The notes: generated by a model not told the origin, from the letters alone. DNA of 64,000 bases from Bacilli bacterium (GCA_017470005.1 JAFUFH010000086.1:15881-79880); one strand, 5' to 3'. Shown: positions 7,566-16,826, counted from the stretch's first letter. Program-made: numbers and translations.

Positions 7566-9479
7566 ATGAATTTTATCCTTTACTTTGATTATGCTGCTAT
7601 CGTCATCCTAGCTTTCCAGTTTTTTGCTGTTTTAATGCGTAAACAAACCGAAGGAATCAATAACAAACTTTACCTAATTATGTTAGGTTTGTCCTTCCTA
7701 GCTACGACATTTGATATTGTTTCTTCTTTTGATTTTGTTCCTTTACAAGGTCTAACAATTCTTTGTTCATTCTATTTCCTATTTAGAAATACGATTGCTC
7801 TCTTCTTGTTCCTATATTCTTTATCTCTTTCTAAAATTTATTACGAATTCCAAAAAAAGAAATATTTGTTCTTGCTCATCTTACTTCCTATCACCATTTA
7901 CACGGTTCTCTTGATTGTCAACTTCTTCTACCCTCTTCTCTTCTATTATGAATCTGGACCCGCTTTTTTCCGTGGGGCTCACGCTTGGATCACTTATACT
8001 GTCGGTTATACCTATTTCTTTGGTGGTCTCTTTATTTTTTTTCGTTTCCGAAACAATTACTCCAAATCCAAGTTGGTCCTAATCGCTTTAGCGCTCATCA
8101 TGCAAACTAGCTCTTCTGTCTTTCAAATCTTCTTCAGCAAAGTGTTAGTTGAAATGTTCTTCTCTGCCCTCTCTCTCCTCTTCCTCTCGGTATTTGTTGA
8201 GAAAGCGGAAGATTACATCGATTATAGAACCATGCTGCCCAACACCAATTCCTTCCACGATTTCATCAAGAGAAATATCGAAGTCAAACACCCCTTCTCT
8301 GTCTACATCATGCACCTTTCTAATCTACCCAATATCTACAATGTCTACACCTATGATGATGCCATCGCTTACTTAAGATTATTAGGTAATCGAATCACCT
8401 CTACCGCAAAAGGAAGCGACCCTAAAGCTGTCAGTTATTTCTTTGATCCTGACTCCTTTGTCATCGCCTTCCCCAACAAGGAAAACGGAAAGAAAATCCA
8501 ATCGGAAATCACATTGTTATTAAGAACATTCATCTACACTAAAAATCCGCAACCTTTCCACTTAGAAGGAAAAGACATCTTAGTACATTACCCACAAGAT
8601 TTCCAAGTTCCTGGACAGATATTAACCTTCATTGCTTCCTTCTATTCCTTGCTGAGCAACACCAGTGCAAATGGCGTGCTCAGTCAGACTTCTGTTCAAA
8701 ACCAAAACCATCTCTTATTCAACTTAGAAATGATCCTCGATGACGCAATCAAAAACAAGACATTCGAGATGTATTATCAACCGATCTTCTCTATCAAAGA
8801 GAACAAATTCCTCTCCACAGAAGCGCTTGTCAGACTTCCTTACAACGGGAAATTCATCTCTCCCGCTCTCTTCATTCCTTTTGCAGAACGTTTCGGTAAG
8901 ATGAACCAGATCGGAAATATCATCTTAGATAAGACATTTGCCTTTATCCGCAGTGAAGAATACCACTCTAGTGGCATCCAATATACGAATATCAATCTCT
9001 CTATCACGCAGTTGTTAGATGAAAAATTCATCGAGAGACTCGAAGATAAGAGAATGGAAAATCACTTAGATAGATCGGAGATTTGTCTTGAATTGACAGA
9101 AGGTGTCGCCATCTCTGGCGATAAGACCATCGAAGGAAATATCTACGGCTTAAATGAAGCGGGATATCACATCTCCTTAGATGACTTCGGCGTGGGTTAT
9201 TCTAATATCGCAAGATTGACCAAGCTTCCTGTCTCCCTCCTTAAATTCGATAAATCCCTCGTAGATCAATTGAATGATTCTCACATCAAATCCTTCCTCA
9301 TCTCTTTAATTCAGATCGTCAAGGACTTCGGTATGGAAGTGCTAGTAGAAGGCGTAGAGACCAAAGAGAATGCCGACTTCTTGAAAGAACATGATGCCGA
9401 TAAGATTCAAGGTTTCTATTATTCCAAGCCTCTCTGTGAAAAAGACTTGATTGAATTCTTAAAACAACACAATCAATAA
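7566..9479 (+). CDS. Membrane c-di-GMP phosphodiesterase: multi-TM sensor, degenerate GGDEF-like domain and an EAL domain
   Basis: EAL motifs are EALVRLP, ELTEGV, LDDFGVGYS and QGFYYSKP. The N-terminus has 8 or more hydrophobic helices. The track ORF starts at TTG 7449; the first ATG (MNFILYF...) is at 7566. Confidence 0.8.
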   Translation: MNFILYFDYAAIVILAFQFFAVLMRKQTEGINNKLYLIMLGLSFLATTFDIVSSFDFVPLQGLTILCSFYFLFRNTIALFLFLYSLSLSKIYYEFQKKKYLFLLILLPITIYTVLLIVNFFYPLLFYYESGPAFFRGAHAWITYTVGYTYFFGGLFIFFRFRNNYSKSKLVLIALALIMQTSSSVFQIFFSKVLVEMFFSALSLLFLSVFVEKAEDYIDYRTMLPNTNSFHDFIKRNIEVKHPFSVYIMHLSNLPNIYNVYTYDDAIAYLRLLGNRITSTAKGSDPKAVSYFFDPDSFVIAFPNKENGKKIQSEITLLLRTFIYTKNPQPFHLEGKDILVHYPQDFQVPGQILTFIASFYSLLSNTSANGVLSQTSVQNQNHLLFNLEMILDDAIKNKTFEMYYQPIFSIKENKFLSTEALVRLPYNGKFISPALFIPFAERFGKMNQIGNIILDKTFAFIRSEEYHSSGIQYTNINLSITQLLDEKFIERLEDKRMENHLDRSEICLELTEGVAISGDKTIEGNIYGLNEAGYHISLDDFGVGYSNIARLTKLPVSLLKFDKSLVDQLNDSHIKSFLISLIQIVKDFGMEVLVEGVETKENADFLKEHDADKIQGFYYSKPLCEKDLIEFLKQHNQ

Positions 9480-9485
9480 GCAAAA

Positions 9486-9516
9486 GAAAGGGGCAACGAT
9501 TCGTTGCCCTATTTTG
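9486..9516. terminator. Bidirectional terminator (gggcaacg-att-cgttgccc) between convergent genes
   Basis: 8-bp GC-rich stem with T-runs on both strands. Confidence 0.65.
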
Positions 9517-9521
9517 ATGCG

Positions 9522-9890
9522 TTAATTTTCTTTGGAGAAGTCTAAGTCGGTTTCTTCTAAGATTCTTCTTCTTTCTTCTCTTCTTCTCTCTGCAGCGACT
9601 TCGTTTGTTGCCTTGCTAGAATAAACAAAGATGACGATTAAGAAGGCGATCATCGCAACAAGCATGACACCAGTGCCCCAGAGACGGAAGTCCATGACGC
9701 TCTCCTTCATACCAAAGAAGGCAGCGAAGGATTTCTGTAAGGCGTAGAGGCCATTGTTGCTAAGCTTTCCATAGTTGTAAGCAAAGACACCTAAGATAGC
9801 GAAGACAAAGCCAGTGAGCCATAAGAGAGCGATGATGACATAGAGAACAAGTTCAGAAGTATAAATTTTTCTTTTCTGTTTTTCAGCCAT
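9522..9890 (-). CDS. Small membrane protein (2 TM helices, RRREERRR C-terminal tail), unknown function
   Basis: 122 aa. GGAAGGAG RBS. Separated by 3 nt from the upstream 299-aa gene. Confidence 0.55.
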   Translation of the reverse strand: MAEKQKRKIYTSELVLYVIIALLWLTGFVFAILGVFAYNYGKLSNNGLYALQKSFAAFFGMKESVMDFRLWGTGVMLVAMIAFLIVIFVYSSKATNEVAAERRREERRRILEETDLDFSKEN

Positions 9891-9893
9891 AAA

Positions 9894-10793
9894 TTATTCT
9901 CCTTCCACATTTTCGCCACGAGCCTTAGCATCATCGTGAAGCTTTTGACCAAAGGCTTGGAAGAGACCATTCAATTTGCCTTGAGTGGCATCGATGATCT
10001 TATCGAAATAAGAAGTGAAGACACGGAAGTAAGCGTTCAAGTCGGTAGTCTGTTTCTTGCCAGTAAAGAGTTCACAATCCGCATAGACAGATTCTCTAGC
10101 GAAATTGAAGTCCACATCATCGTTGTAAGAATTGAGAACAGTGACCATGTCGTTGTTGAGCTGATGGAATTCGTTTTCAATCATACGGAAGGAAGGATCC
10201 TTTCTCACATCGAATTCGGGATCGCTTTGAGGATTGATTCCGTTGTGAGACTTAGAATAGTTCTGAGCGTATGTATTAGCGTTTTGATTGAGTTCCATGA
10301 ACTTATCGGCGATGAGGATGCAAGAGATCTTACCAGCGAAAGCGTGATAATATTTTACATCGGTGAGAAGCAATTCCTCAAAGTCAGGTTCACTCGTTCC
10401 TCTCTCTTTCAAAGTTCTCAAAGCGGAACCTAAGAAACCTTCTAAGATGGCTCTGATCTTGACGATAGAGGAGAAGAGTTCACAAATCAAAGATTTCTCC
10501 ACGCGAATCTTGTTGTCTAAGCCGACAGAGACGATTCTGCCGTTTTCGCCATAGACATCCTCGATGAGATATTGAACTTCTTCTTTCAAAGTCTGTCCAA
10601 TTTCGCCGTTGTTATCGGCGTTGACCGCAAAGGGAGAACCCTCGCTTGTCAAAGCAGTTAAAGCAGCGCAACGAGCGGTTCTTTCTTGAACGGAAAATTC
10701 ACCGCTTCTAGGAGGAAGGCAATACCAAAGAGTGCTTTCCACAATTCTTGCAATCGTGACGATTGTCATTACATTTCTAATTTCATCATTCAT
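9894..10793 (-). CDS. Hypothetical cytoplasmic protein (299 aa), no recognisable domain
   Basis: Clean ORF with a GAGG RBS. It lies in a two-gene cassette with the downstream membrane protein. Confidence 0.55.
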   Translation of the reverse strand: MNDEIRNVMTIVTIARIVESTLWYCLPPRSGEFSVQERTARCAALTALTSEGSPFAVNADNNGEIGQTLKEEVQYLIEDVYGENGRIVSVGLDNKIRVEKSLICELFSSIVKIRAILEGFLGSALRTLKERGTSEPDFEELLLTDVKYYHAFAGKISCILIADKFMELNQNANTYAQNYSKSHNGINPQSDPEFDVRKDPSFRMIENEFHQLNNDMVTVLNSYNDDVDFNFARESVYADCELFTGKKQTTDLNAYFRVFTSYFDKIIDATQGKLNGLFQAFGQKLHDDAKARGENVEGE

Positions 10794-10848
10794 ATGAAGT
10801 ACCTCGAGTTTTGAATATGCACACGTACTAGTAAATAATTATATACAA

Positions 10849-11748
10849 TTAATCATCTTTTTCCAAAGCTTTTTGGAAGTTAACACGTTTGATGACATCA
10901 TTTTCTAACCATTCGGGATGATTTAAATAATCTTCTAAGTCCGAAATACGCTTGATGACATGGTTAGCTTGAGATTTGAAATGGTCCGGAGATTGAGCCA
11001 TAGCGAAGGAGTGAGGGAAGCAATCAAACATATATAAATCGTTTCCGCTATCCCCGCAGACAAGAACTTCATCCTTGGTGTATCCATTCGCTTTGATGTA
11101 GTTTTCTAGACCGAATCCTTTGTTGATTCCCTTCGCAGTGACTTCAATGGCGTTGCCAGAGACTGCGACTTCAAAGGAATCTCCAAAGCGAGAGATGATG
11201 GAAGGAGCGGCTTGCTCCGCTTTTCTTCTACCCGCTTCTTGTAAACCGAAAGCCATCAAGATTTTGTAATTGTCATGCTCTGCAATCCTCTTCAAGAAGA
11301 GAGAATCATCACGGATGAGCTTCTCCGCAAAGTAAAGGTTCATATTGTTTCCGTATTGGAAGCCAAGCTCTACCCACTTAGGAATATTGGAAGTGTTGCA
11401 ATAAAGATAATCATCTTCATCAAACAACATCCAAAGCCAAACACCGAAATCTCTGTGGAAAGTAGCAAACAGTTCCGCTAACTTCTTTCTGTCCATCGGA
11501 TATTTGTCATAGGTCTTACCATCTTGTTTAAAATAAGCCCCGTTACAACCGATGAGAGATATCTTGTGATGGAGTTGTCTTTCCACCCTAGGAATGATTC
11601 CACCGTTTCTACCAGAAACACAAACAAGATGCCCTCCGTTATCCAAATAACGGCGCAAGAACTTCTTGTTGCAATCGGGTATACCGCGAATTCTCTGTTT
11701 GGGATAGAAGAGAGTTCCATCCATATCTGTGGCAATCAATTTTATCAT
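10849..11748 (-). CDS. Cof-type HAD-IIB family hydrolase (sugar phosphatase)
   Basis: DMDGTL motif I near the N-terminus and GDSGNDLYMF motif IV. About 300 aa with a Cof-like cap. Confidence 0.85.
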   Translation of the reverse strand: MIKLIATDMDGTLFYPKQRIRGIPDCNKKFLRRYLDNGGHLVCVSGRNGGIIPRVERQLHHKISLIGCNGAYFKQDGKTYDKYPMDRKKLAELFATFHRDFGVWLWMLFDEDDYLYCNTSNIPKWVELGFQYGNNMNLYFAEKLIRDDSLFLKRIAEHDNYKILMAFGLQEAGRRKAEQAAPSIISRFGDSFEVAVSGNAIEVTAKGINKGFGLENYIKANGYTKDEVLVCGDSGNDLYMFDCFPHSFAMAQSPDHFKSQANHVIKRISDLEDYLNHPEWLENDVIKRVNFQKALEKDD

Positions 11749-11812
11749 GGGCTATATTCTATTACTTTTTGGAACAAAAAAAAAGAGAGAGGTATAACCT
11801 CTCTCAAGATTG

Positions 11813-12358
11813 TTATTTATCGATTTCAATCACACCGTATCCGTGGTCTTCTCTTTCATAGAGAACATTGACCAAACCGGTGGCGGAATCTAAGAAGATG
11901 AAGAAGGAATGTCCGAGGGCGTCCATTCTATCTAAGGCTTCATCGACATCCATAGGAGCTAAAGATAATTTCTTTTTCTTAACGATATCCAAATCCTCAT
12001 TGACAGCATCGTTTTCTATTTGTTCGAGGAGGAAGTTTTCGGAGACGGAATTCTTTTTCTTGGTTTTGTTGACTCTGGTTTTGACTTTTCTCATCTGACC
12101 AGTGAGCTTCTCGGCAATGACATCGATAGCATCATAGAAGTCGGGATTGGAGGTTTTGGCTCTGAGGTATACTCCGTCAGGGCTAGACATAGAAACTTCA
12201 ACGGATTTGTTTTTGTTGGCGAGATCGGTGATCGTCACTACACATTTGATTTGATTAGAAGAGCGGAAGTAATGGTCGAATTTTGTGAGTTTGTCCTCAC
12301 AGGACCTCTTCATCGCAGCGGTGAAGGCGTCATCTTTGCACACATAGTTGAATAACAT
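11813..12358 (-). CDS. hpf: Ribosome hibernation promoting factor, long form
   Basis: 181 aa. The N-terminal S30AE/RaiA fold aligns to MxFNIRGEN..YF, and there is a C-terminal dimerisation domain (HGYGVIEIDK). Upstream are TATAAT and an AAAGGAG RBS. Confidence 0.85.
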   Translation of the reverse strand: MLFNYVCKDDAFTAAMKRSCEDKLTKFDHYFRSSNQIKCVVTITDLANKNKSVEVSMSSPDGVYLRAKTSNPDFYDAIDVIAEKLTGQMRKVKTRVNKTKKKNSVSENFLLEQIENDAVNEDLDIVKKKKLSLAPMDVDEALDRMDALGHSFFIFLDSATGLVNVLYEREDHGYGVIEIDK

Positions 12359-12493
12359 AATGGAAACTCCTTTCTGTGTTCACTAATATTATATTCTATT
12401 TGATTAAGTCTTTAAAGAAATTACACGAATATTTTGTTTTTTTCTTCTCTTCTTTCTTTGGAAAACGAAACTTGTCCTCTTTTTGGACAAAAC

Positions 12494-12529
12494 GAAAAAC
12501 TTCACATGTCCAATAAAGAGCATGTGAAG
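12494..12529 (-). terminator. Terminator downstream of metK (cttcacatg...catgtgaag, 9-bp stem)
   Basis: Hairpin followed by a T5 tract on the minus strand. Confidence 0.55.
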
Positions 12530-12556
12530 GGTTGAAATTCGTTAACAACTTTGAAA

Positions 12557-13738
12557 TTACAGACAAAGTTTCTTTAACAATTCTACTTTGTCTAAACGCT
12601 CATAAGGAAGAGTGAGGTCAGGTCGTCCAAAGTGACCATAAGCGCTCAAATCCTGATAGCGGAAAGAGGGGTGAGTCAAGGAGAACTGAGAGATGATACC
12701 CGAGGGAGTGAAATCGAAGACTTTCTCATCGATTAAGCAAGCTAAGATCTTATCTTTGCTCACCTTTTCACTTCCGTAAGTCTCAATGGAGATAGAGACC
12801 GGTTCGGAAACTCCGATGGCATAAGAGAGTTGAATCATACAGCGTTTGGCAAGTCCTGCTGCCACAATATTCTTTGCGGCGTATCTAGCGGCATAAGCAG
12901 CGCTTCTATCCACCTTAGTGGGATCTTTGCCAGAGAAGGCTCCGCCACCGTGAGGGGCGCTTCCGCCATAAGTGTCGACAATGATCTTTCTTCCGGTGAG
13001 TCCTGTATCACCTAAAGGACCACCAATTTCAAATCTTCCTGTGGGGTTGATATAGATTTCAAATCCTTCAGAAATATCGACAGGGAAAGAAGAAACAACA
13101 GGATAGATGACTTTCTCTTTGATTTGTTTTCTCAATTCTTCAATCTCAATATCGGGATTGTGTTGGCAAGAGAAGACCACAGCATTGAGCTTAGGATGAT
13201 CCGGAGTAGTGTAGTCGATGGTGACTTGGCTCTTCATATCCGGACGAGCGAAAGTGAGCTCTCCATTCTTTCTAAGCATCGTAGCATAACGGACTAATTT
13301 ATGAGACACAACCAAAGGTAAAGGCATATAGTTTTCGGTCTCATCGGTAGCATAACCGAACATGATACCTTGATCGCCAGCACCGATAGATTTGCTATCA
13401 AAGGAGGAATCTACACCTTGAGCGATGTTAGGGGATTGGGTGACGATGTAAACTTCTACATCCATGGTATCGGCACCGATACCAAGCTCAGGAGAAGTGT
13501 AGCCGATCTCTCTGACGACATCTCTAGCAATCTTTTCGTAATCCACCTTGGTCTTGGTGGTGATTTCACCAGAGATGATGATCTTTTCTCTTGTGGCCAT
13601 TGTTTCCACAGCGACTCTAGATTGAGGATCTCCTTGGATACAGGCATCTAAAATGGCATCCGAAATGCGGTCACAGACCTTATCAGGATGACCTTCTGAA
13701 ACGGATTCAGAAGTGAATAATTGTTTGATTTGACTCAT
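12557..13738 (-). CDS. metK: S-adenosylmethionine synthetase
   Basis: MSQIKQLFTSESVSEGHPDKVCDRISDAILD... and GGGAFSGKDPTKVDRSAAY. The start is set at the internal ATG 13738, which overlaps the TSCPD stop as ATGA. The track extension to 13795 is rejected. Confidence 0.93.
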   Translation of the reverse strand: MSQIKQLFTSESVSEGHPDKVCDRISDAILDACIQGDPQSRVAVETMATREKIIISGEITTKTKVDYEKIARDVVREIGYTSPELGIGADTMDVEVYIVTQSPNIAQGVDSSFDSKSIGAGDQGIMFGYATDETENYMPLPLVVSHKLVRYATMLRKNGELTFARPDMKSQVTIDYTTPDHPKLNAVVFSCQHNPDIEIEELRKQIKEKVIYPVVSSFPVDISEGFEIYINPTGRFEIGGPLGDTGLTGRKIIVDTYGGSAPHGGGAFSGKDPTKVDRSAAYAARYAAKNIVAAGLAKRCMIQLSYAIGVSEPVSISIETYGSEKVSKDKILACLIDEKVFDFTPSGIISQFSLTHPSFRYQDLSAYGHFGRPDLTLPYERLDKVELLKKLCL

Positions 13739-14007
13739 GCCTGTTTCCTCATTTCTAGATAAGACTTCAACCCTAAAGCGAGTTGGTCTGGGCAAGAGGT
13801 GGGTTTAGCACCACACTTTACCCCTTCTAATTTGCTAGCGACATCACTAGCCTTCATTCCGATGATGAGTCTACGAATGCCTTGTAAGTTTCCAGGGCAT
13901 CCACCCATCACTTGGAAATCGACGATGGTGTCATCTTTGTCTTCAATTTGAAACTGCATTCTCACAGAGCAGGTTCCTTTGGGACTGAATGTGTAAGTTT
14001 GAACCAT
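13735..14007 (-). CDS. TSCPD-domain protein (TIGR03905-like stand-alone 4-Cys domain)
   Basis: 90 aa with CS...GGCPGNLQGI...KCG.KPTSCPDQLA. A strong AAGGAGG RBS lies 6 nt upstream of ATG 14007. Its stop overlaps the metK start. Confidence 0.7.
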   Translation of the reverse strand: MVQTYTFSPKGTCSVRMQFQIEDKDDTIVDFQVMGGCPGNLQGIRRLIIGMKASDVASKLEGVKCGAKPTSCPDQLALGLKSYLEMRKQA

Positions 14008-14037
14008 ACACACCTCCTTTCTAAATTAAGGTTTCCC

Positions 14038-15006
14038 TTATTTTTGTTTCTTGTGATACACCCACTTTTCTCCGATAGGTGTTCCATAATAATTGAGATT
14101 GTTGAAGTATTTCTCAAAAGTCTCATAATTGAAACCATATTTGAGAATATCGAGATAACAATCTTGTAATAAGTCAAAGGCACGATTGGATAATTCTAAG
14201 AAGGATTCGTGTCTTTTCTTTCCTGTGACAGGATCTAACCATTCTCTTCTCTCTTCGTTGAGAACAGAGATGTCTTCCTTCTTGGGAAGACGCTGAGCGG
14301 AGAGAGAGGATTTGAAGGTGAGATAGACTCTCAGTCTCGTTCCTTTGTTGATGAAGTGAATACAACTCTTCATATTATTGATCGCATTAGAATAGCAGTG
14401 CTTGGGAAGTCTTGTATCAAACATCTTCGAAAGAACAGGAACTAAGTGATGGTCGAGCATATCGAGAGACTTCTGATTGAAGGGAATCAAGGAAGATGGA
14501 TCGTTTAAGAAATCAATCATGTTGTATTTCTTAGCAAGACAGGCATCGATATTGGCTTCAAAGAAGGCGTGGTCATAATGATAATGACCTGTGATTCTTC
14601 CATCACTATCAAATCCCGATTCGTAAAGGATATAGGGATGAGCTTCTCGATCTAAAAGATAGTGAGCGAATTGACCAAAGGTAAACGCCATGAACGCTTT
14701 TTGATCTTTATCATTGTTATCGACCGCTTCCACTTGATAACACTTATTGATGAGTTCTTTAAAGAACTCTCTTCCATCTAATTTGTGTAGTTTATTGCCA
14801 ATCTTCTTCAAAGCGGTAGGTATATGTAGACCATGGGTAGGAACAATTCCCACATAAAAGAGTGCATCTGGACCTTGAGCTCCCCAGAGGAAGTAATCGT
14901 AGTTACCCTTCAAAAAGGAGTTGTCAAAATGAAACTCTTTATTGAGCTCATTCTCTTTCAAGGCAAAGCGTTTGGCTAGAAGAGAGTGGGCGAGAAGATT
15001 TGGCAT
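14038..15006 (-). CDS. Zinc-dependent phospholipase C-like family protein (putative)
   Basis: 322 aa. FGQFAHYLLDREAHPY resembles the HYFGD...PYHP zinc-binding motif. The RBS lies within the pduL 3' end. Confidence 0.5.
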   Translation of the reverse strand: MPNLLAHSLLAKRFALKENELNKEFHFDNSFLKGNYDYFLWGAQGPDALFYVGIVPTHGLHIPTALKKIGNKLHKLDGREFFKELINKCYQVEAVDNNDKDQKAFMAFTFGQFAHYLLDREAHPYILYESGFDSDGRITGHYHYDHAFFEANIDACLAKKYNMIDFLNDPSSLIPFNQKSLDMLDHHLVPVLSKMFDTRLPKHCYSNAINNMKSCIHFINKGTRLRVYLTFKSSLSAQRLPKKEDISVLNEERREWLDPVTGKKRHESFLELSNRAFDLLQDCYLDILKYGFNYETFEKYFNNLNYYGTPIGEKWVYHKKQK

Positions 15007-15016
15007 AAAACCTCAC

Positions 15017-15655
15017 TTAGAATTTGACAATGGTACCAGTGACACCTGTAGCGGCACCACCGACAGCGTTGCTTTCATCGGTATCGATGTGCATAGCAAG
15101 AGCGTAGCTAGGGCTGACTCTGACAACGGTATCGCCTAAGATGGCGCTTCTTCCATTGGAAGAGACGATCTTGACAGCGACGATATCACCATTCTTGACA
15201 TGGAAGTTTTCAGCATCTTCAGGAGTCATGTGAATGTGACGTTTGGCGATGATCATACCTCTAGGGCAATCGACTTTGTTGCCGTTGAGAGGGTTGACTA
15301 AAGTGACAGGAGCGGAGCCTTCTAAATCACCACTTTCTCTGACAGGAACATTAGCTTTCAAAGTTCTAGCTTCGGTCATGGAGATTTCGACTTGGTTCTC
15401 TTTTCTGACAGGTCCTAAGATGGACATATTCTTGATGGTGGTATCTTTGTATTCGATCTCACCAGTGACTTTGTTCTTCACTTGAGCGTGATAAACGATA
15501 TCTAATCTTTGATCAGAAGCGAACTGACCAGGTTGACTAAGATATTTCTTAACGGTTAATTGTGCGCCTTCTCCAAAGAGAGCTTCCAAGGTCTCTTGTG
15601 TGACATGGATGTGATGAGCGCTAGTTTCGACAATAAAAGATTTTTCTTCAGACAT
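15017..15655 (-). CDS. pduL: Phosphate propanoyl/acetyl-transferase, PduL family
   Basis: 212 aa with a duplicated PduL-type fold (HIH..ETLEALFG ... RHIHMTPEDAENF). Confidence 0.8.
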   Translation of the reverse strand: MSEEKSFIVETSAHHIHVTQETLEALFGEGAQLTVKKYLSQPGQFASDQRLDIVYHAQVKNKVTGEIEYKDTTIKNMSILGPVRKENQVEISMTEARTLKANVPVRESGDLEGSAPVTLVNPLNGNKVDCPRGMIIAKRHIHMTPEDAENFHVKNGDIVAVKIVSSNGRSAILGDTVVRVSPSYALAMHIDTDESNAVGGAATGVTGTIVKF

Positions 15656-15747
15656 TTTGATTTATACCTCGTTATTAAATTCTATCACATTAAAACTATT
15701 ATAGGGTGGGAAAAAGAATATAATTCTTTTATAGCTTAAAAAATGCA

Positions 15748-15779
15748 AAGATAAAACACCATTTTGGCATGGTGTTTCT
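15748..15779 (-). terminator. Terminator after the trigger-factor-like gene (aaacaccat-tttggc-atggtgttt)
   Basis: 9-bp stem with a U-rich tract on the minus strand. Confidence 0.5.
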
Positions 15780-15789
15780 TTCTTCACGA

Positions 15790-16725
15790 TTAATCGTTGT
15801 TCTCTAATAAGAAATTTGCGACTTTTTCCGCAGAGAGATCTTGGATCAAATCTTCTCTGTGATTGCGAATGAATTCATTGACTTGTTCATCGGAGAGTTT
15901 GTAATGGTTACGAATGTCAGAGATGGCTTTGTTGATTTCCGCTTCGCTAGGAATCAAGTTTTCTCTATTCGCGATATATTGAGTCAAAGCACTGGTTTTA
16001 GCACCTTGGATGGCTTCTTTATCCATAGCCGCATCAAATTGTTCTTTACTCATTCCAATCGCTTGGATATAAGCATCTAAAGTCATTCCGTATTGAGCGA
16101 CAGAGTTGGTGTAGAAATTGAGAGTTCTTTGTCTAGATTTTTCAATTTCTTCCGGGCTGACTTCAATGGTAGAAGCGGAGACAATTTGAGCGATCAATTT
16201 ATCTAAATATTCTTTATCGATATCATTTTGTTTATGATGGTTGATCTGTTCTTCCATCTTTGTCTTTAATTCTTCCACAGAAGAAAGTCCTAAATGAACA
16301 GCAAATGCATCATTGAGTTCCATTCTCTCTTCTTCTTTGACTTCATGAACTTTGCAATGGAAGACCACGGCTTTACCAGCAAGATGGCTGGCGTGATATT
16401 CTTTAGGAAAAGAAACATTGACATCAACTTCCTCTCCCGCCTTTTTTCCAATGAGTTGTTCTTCAAATCCAGGGATAAAAGTGTGAGAACCTAATTTCAA
16501 ATCATAGTGTTCCCCTTTTCCACCATCAAAAGGAGTCCCATCTAAGAAACCTTCATAATCGATATTGACGATATCGCCTTCTTTTGCTTCCCCTTCTTTT
16601 GTGTGACTATGAACATGATGCTCAAGTAAATGTTGTAATTCTGCGTTCACTTCTTCTTGAGTAGCAGGCGTTATCTTTCCTTTACCAAGATGATTTTGTG
16701 TATAAGCAGCAAAAAGATTATTCAT
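15790..16725 (-). CDS. Trigger factor paralogue lacking the N-terminal ribosome-binding domain (FKBP-type PPIase plus Tig C-terminal domain)
   Basis: 311 aa. The PPIase core GDIVNIDYEGFLDGTPFDGGKGEHYDLKLGSHTFIPGFEEQLIGKKAGEEV aligns to the Tig middle domain. No room upstream for the missing roughly 118-aa N-domain. Confidence 0.75.
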   Translation of the reverse strand: MNNLFAAYTQNHLGKGKITPATQEEVNAELQHLLEHHVHSHTKEGEAKEGDIVNIDYEGFLDGTPFDGGKGEHYDLKLGSHTFIPGFEEQLIGKKAGEEVDVNVSFPKEYHASHLAGKAVVFHCKVHEVKEEERMELNDAFAVHLGLSSVEELKTKMEEQINHHKQNDIDKEYLDKLIAQIVSASTIEVSPEEIEKSRQRTLNFYTNSVAQYGMTLDAYIQAIGMSKEQFDAAMDKEAIQGAKTSALTQYIANRENLIPSEAEINKAISDIRNHYKLSDEQVNEFIRNHREDLIQDLSAEKVANFLLENND

Positions 16726-16801
16726 GTGATTTCTCCTAATTTTTATTCGCTATATCATAACGGAATACTATGAAAAGAGCCACAAAAATTTTAAAAAAAT
16801 A

Positions 16802-16826
16802 TTAAAAAAAGTCCCATTTGGGACTT
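16802..16826 (-). terminator. Terminator overlapping the nifU stop (gtccca-aat-gggac + T7)
   Basis: aaaaaaagtcccatttgggactt. Acts on both strands. Confidence 0.6.

Noticed and set aside
12557-13795. Extended metK ORF starting at 13795 (MPRPTRFRVEVL...)
   Set aside because: MetK homologues begin at MSQIKQLFTSE. That internal ATG at 13738 forms an ATGA overlap with the TSCPD stop, and the extension would overlap the TSCPD coding region.
13739-15789. SAM-I (S-box) riboswitch expected upstream of metK
   Set aside because: The region is coding (TSCPD, PLC-like, pduL) with gaps of only 10-30 nt. The only promoter-sized gap (15656-15789) lacks the S-box consensus, with no GGUGGAGGGA.. or ..GCAACC elements.
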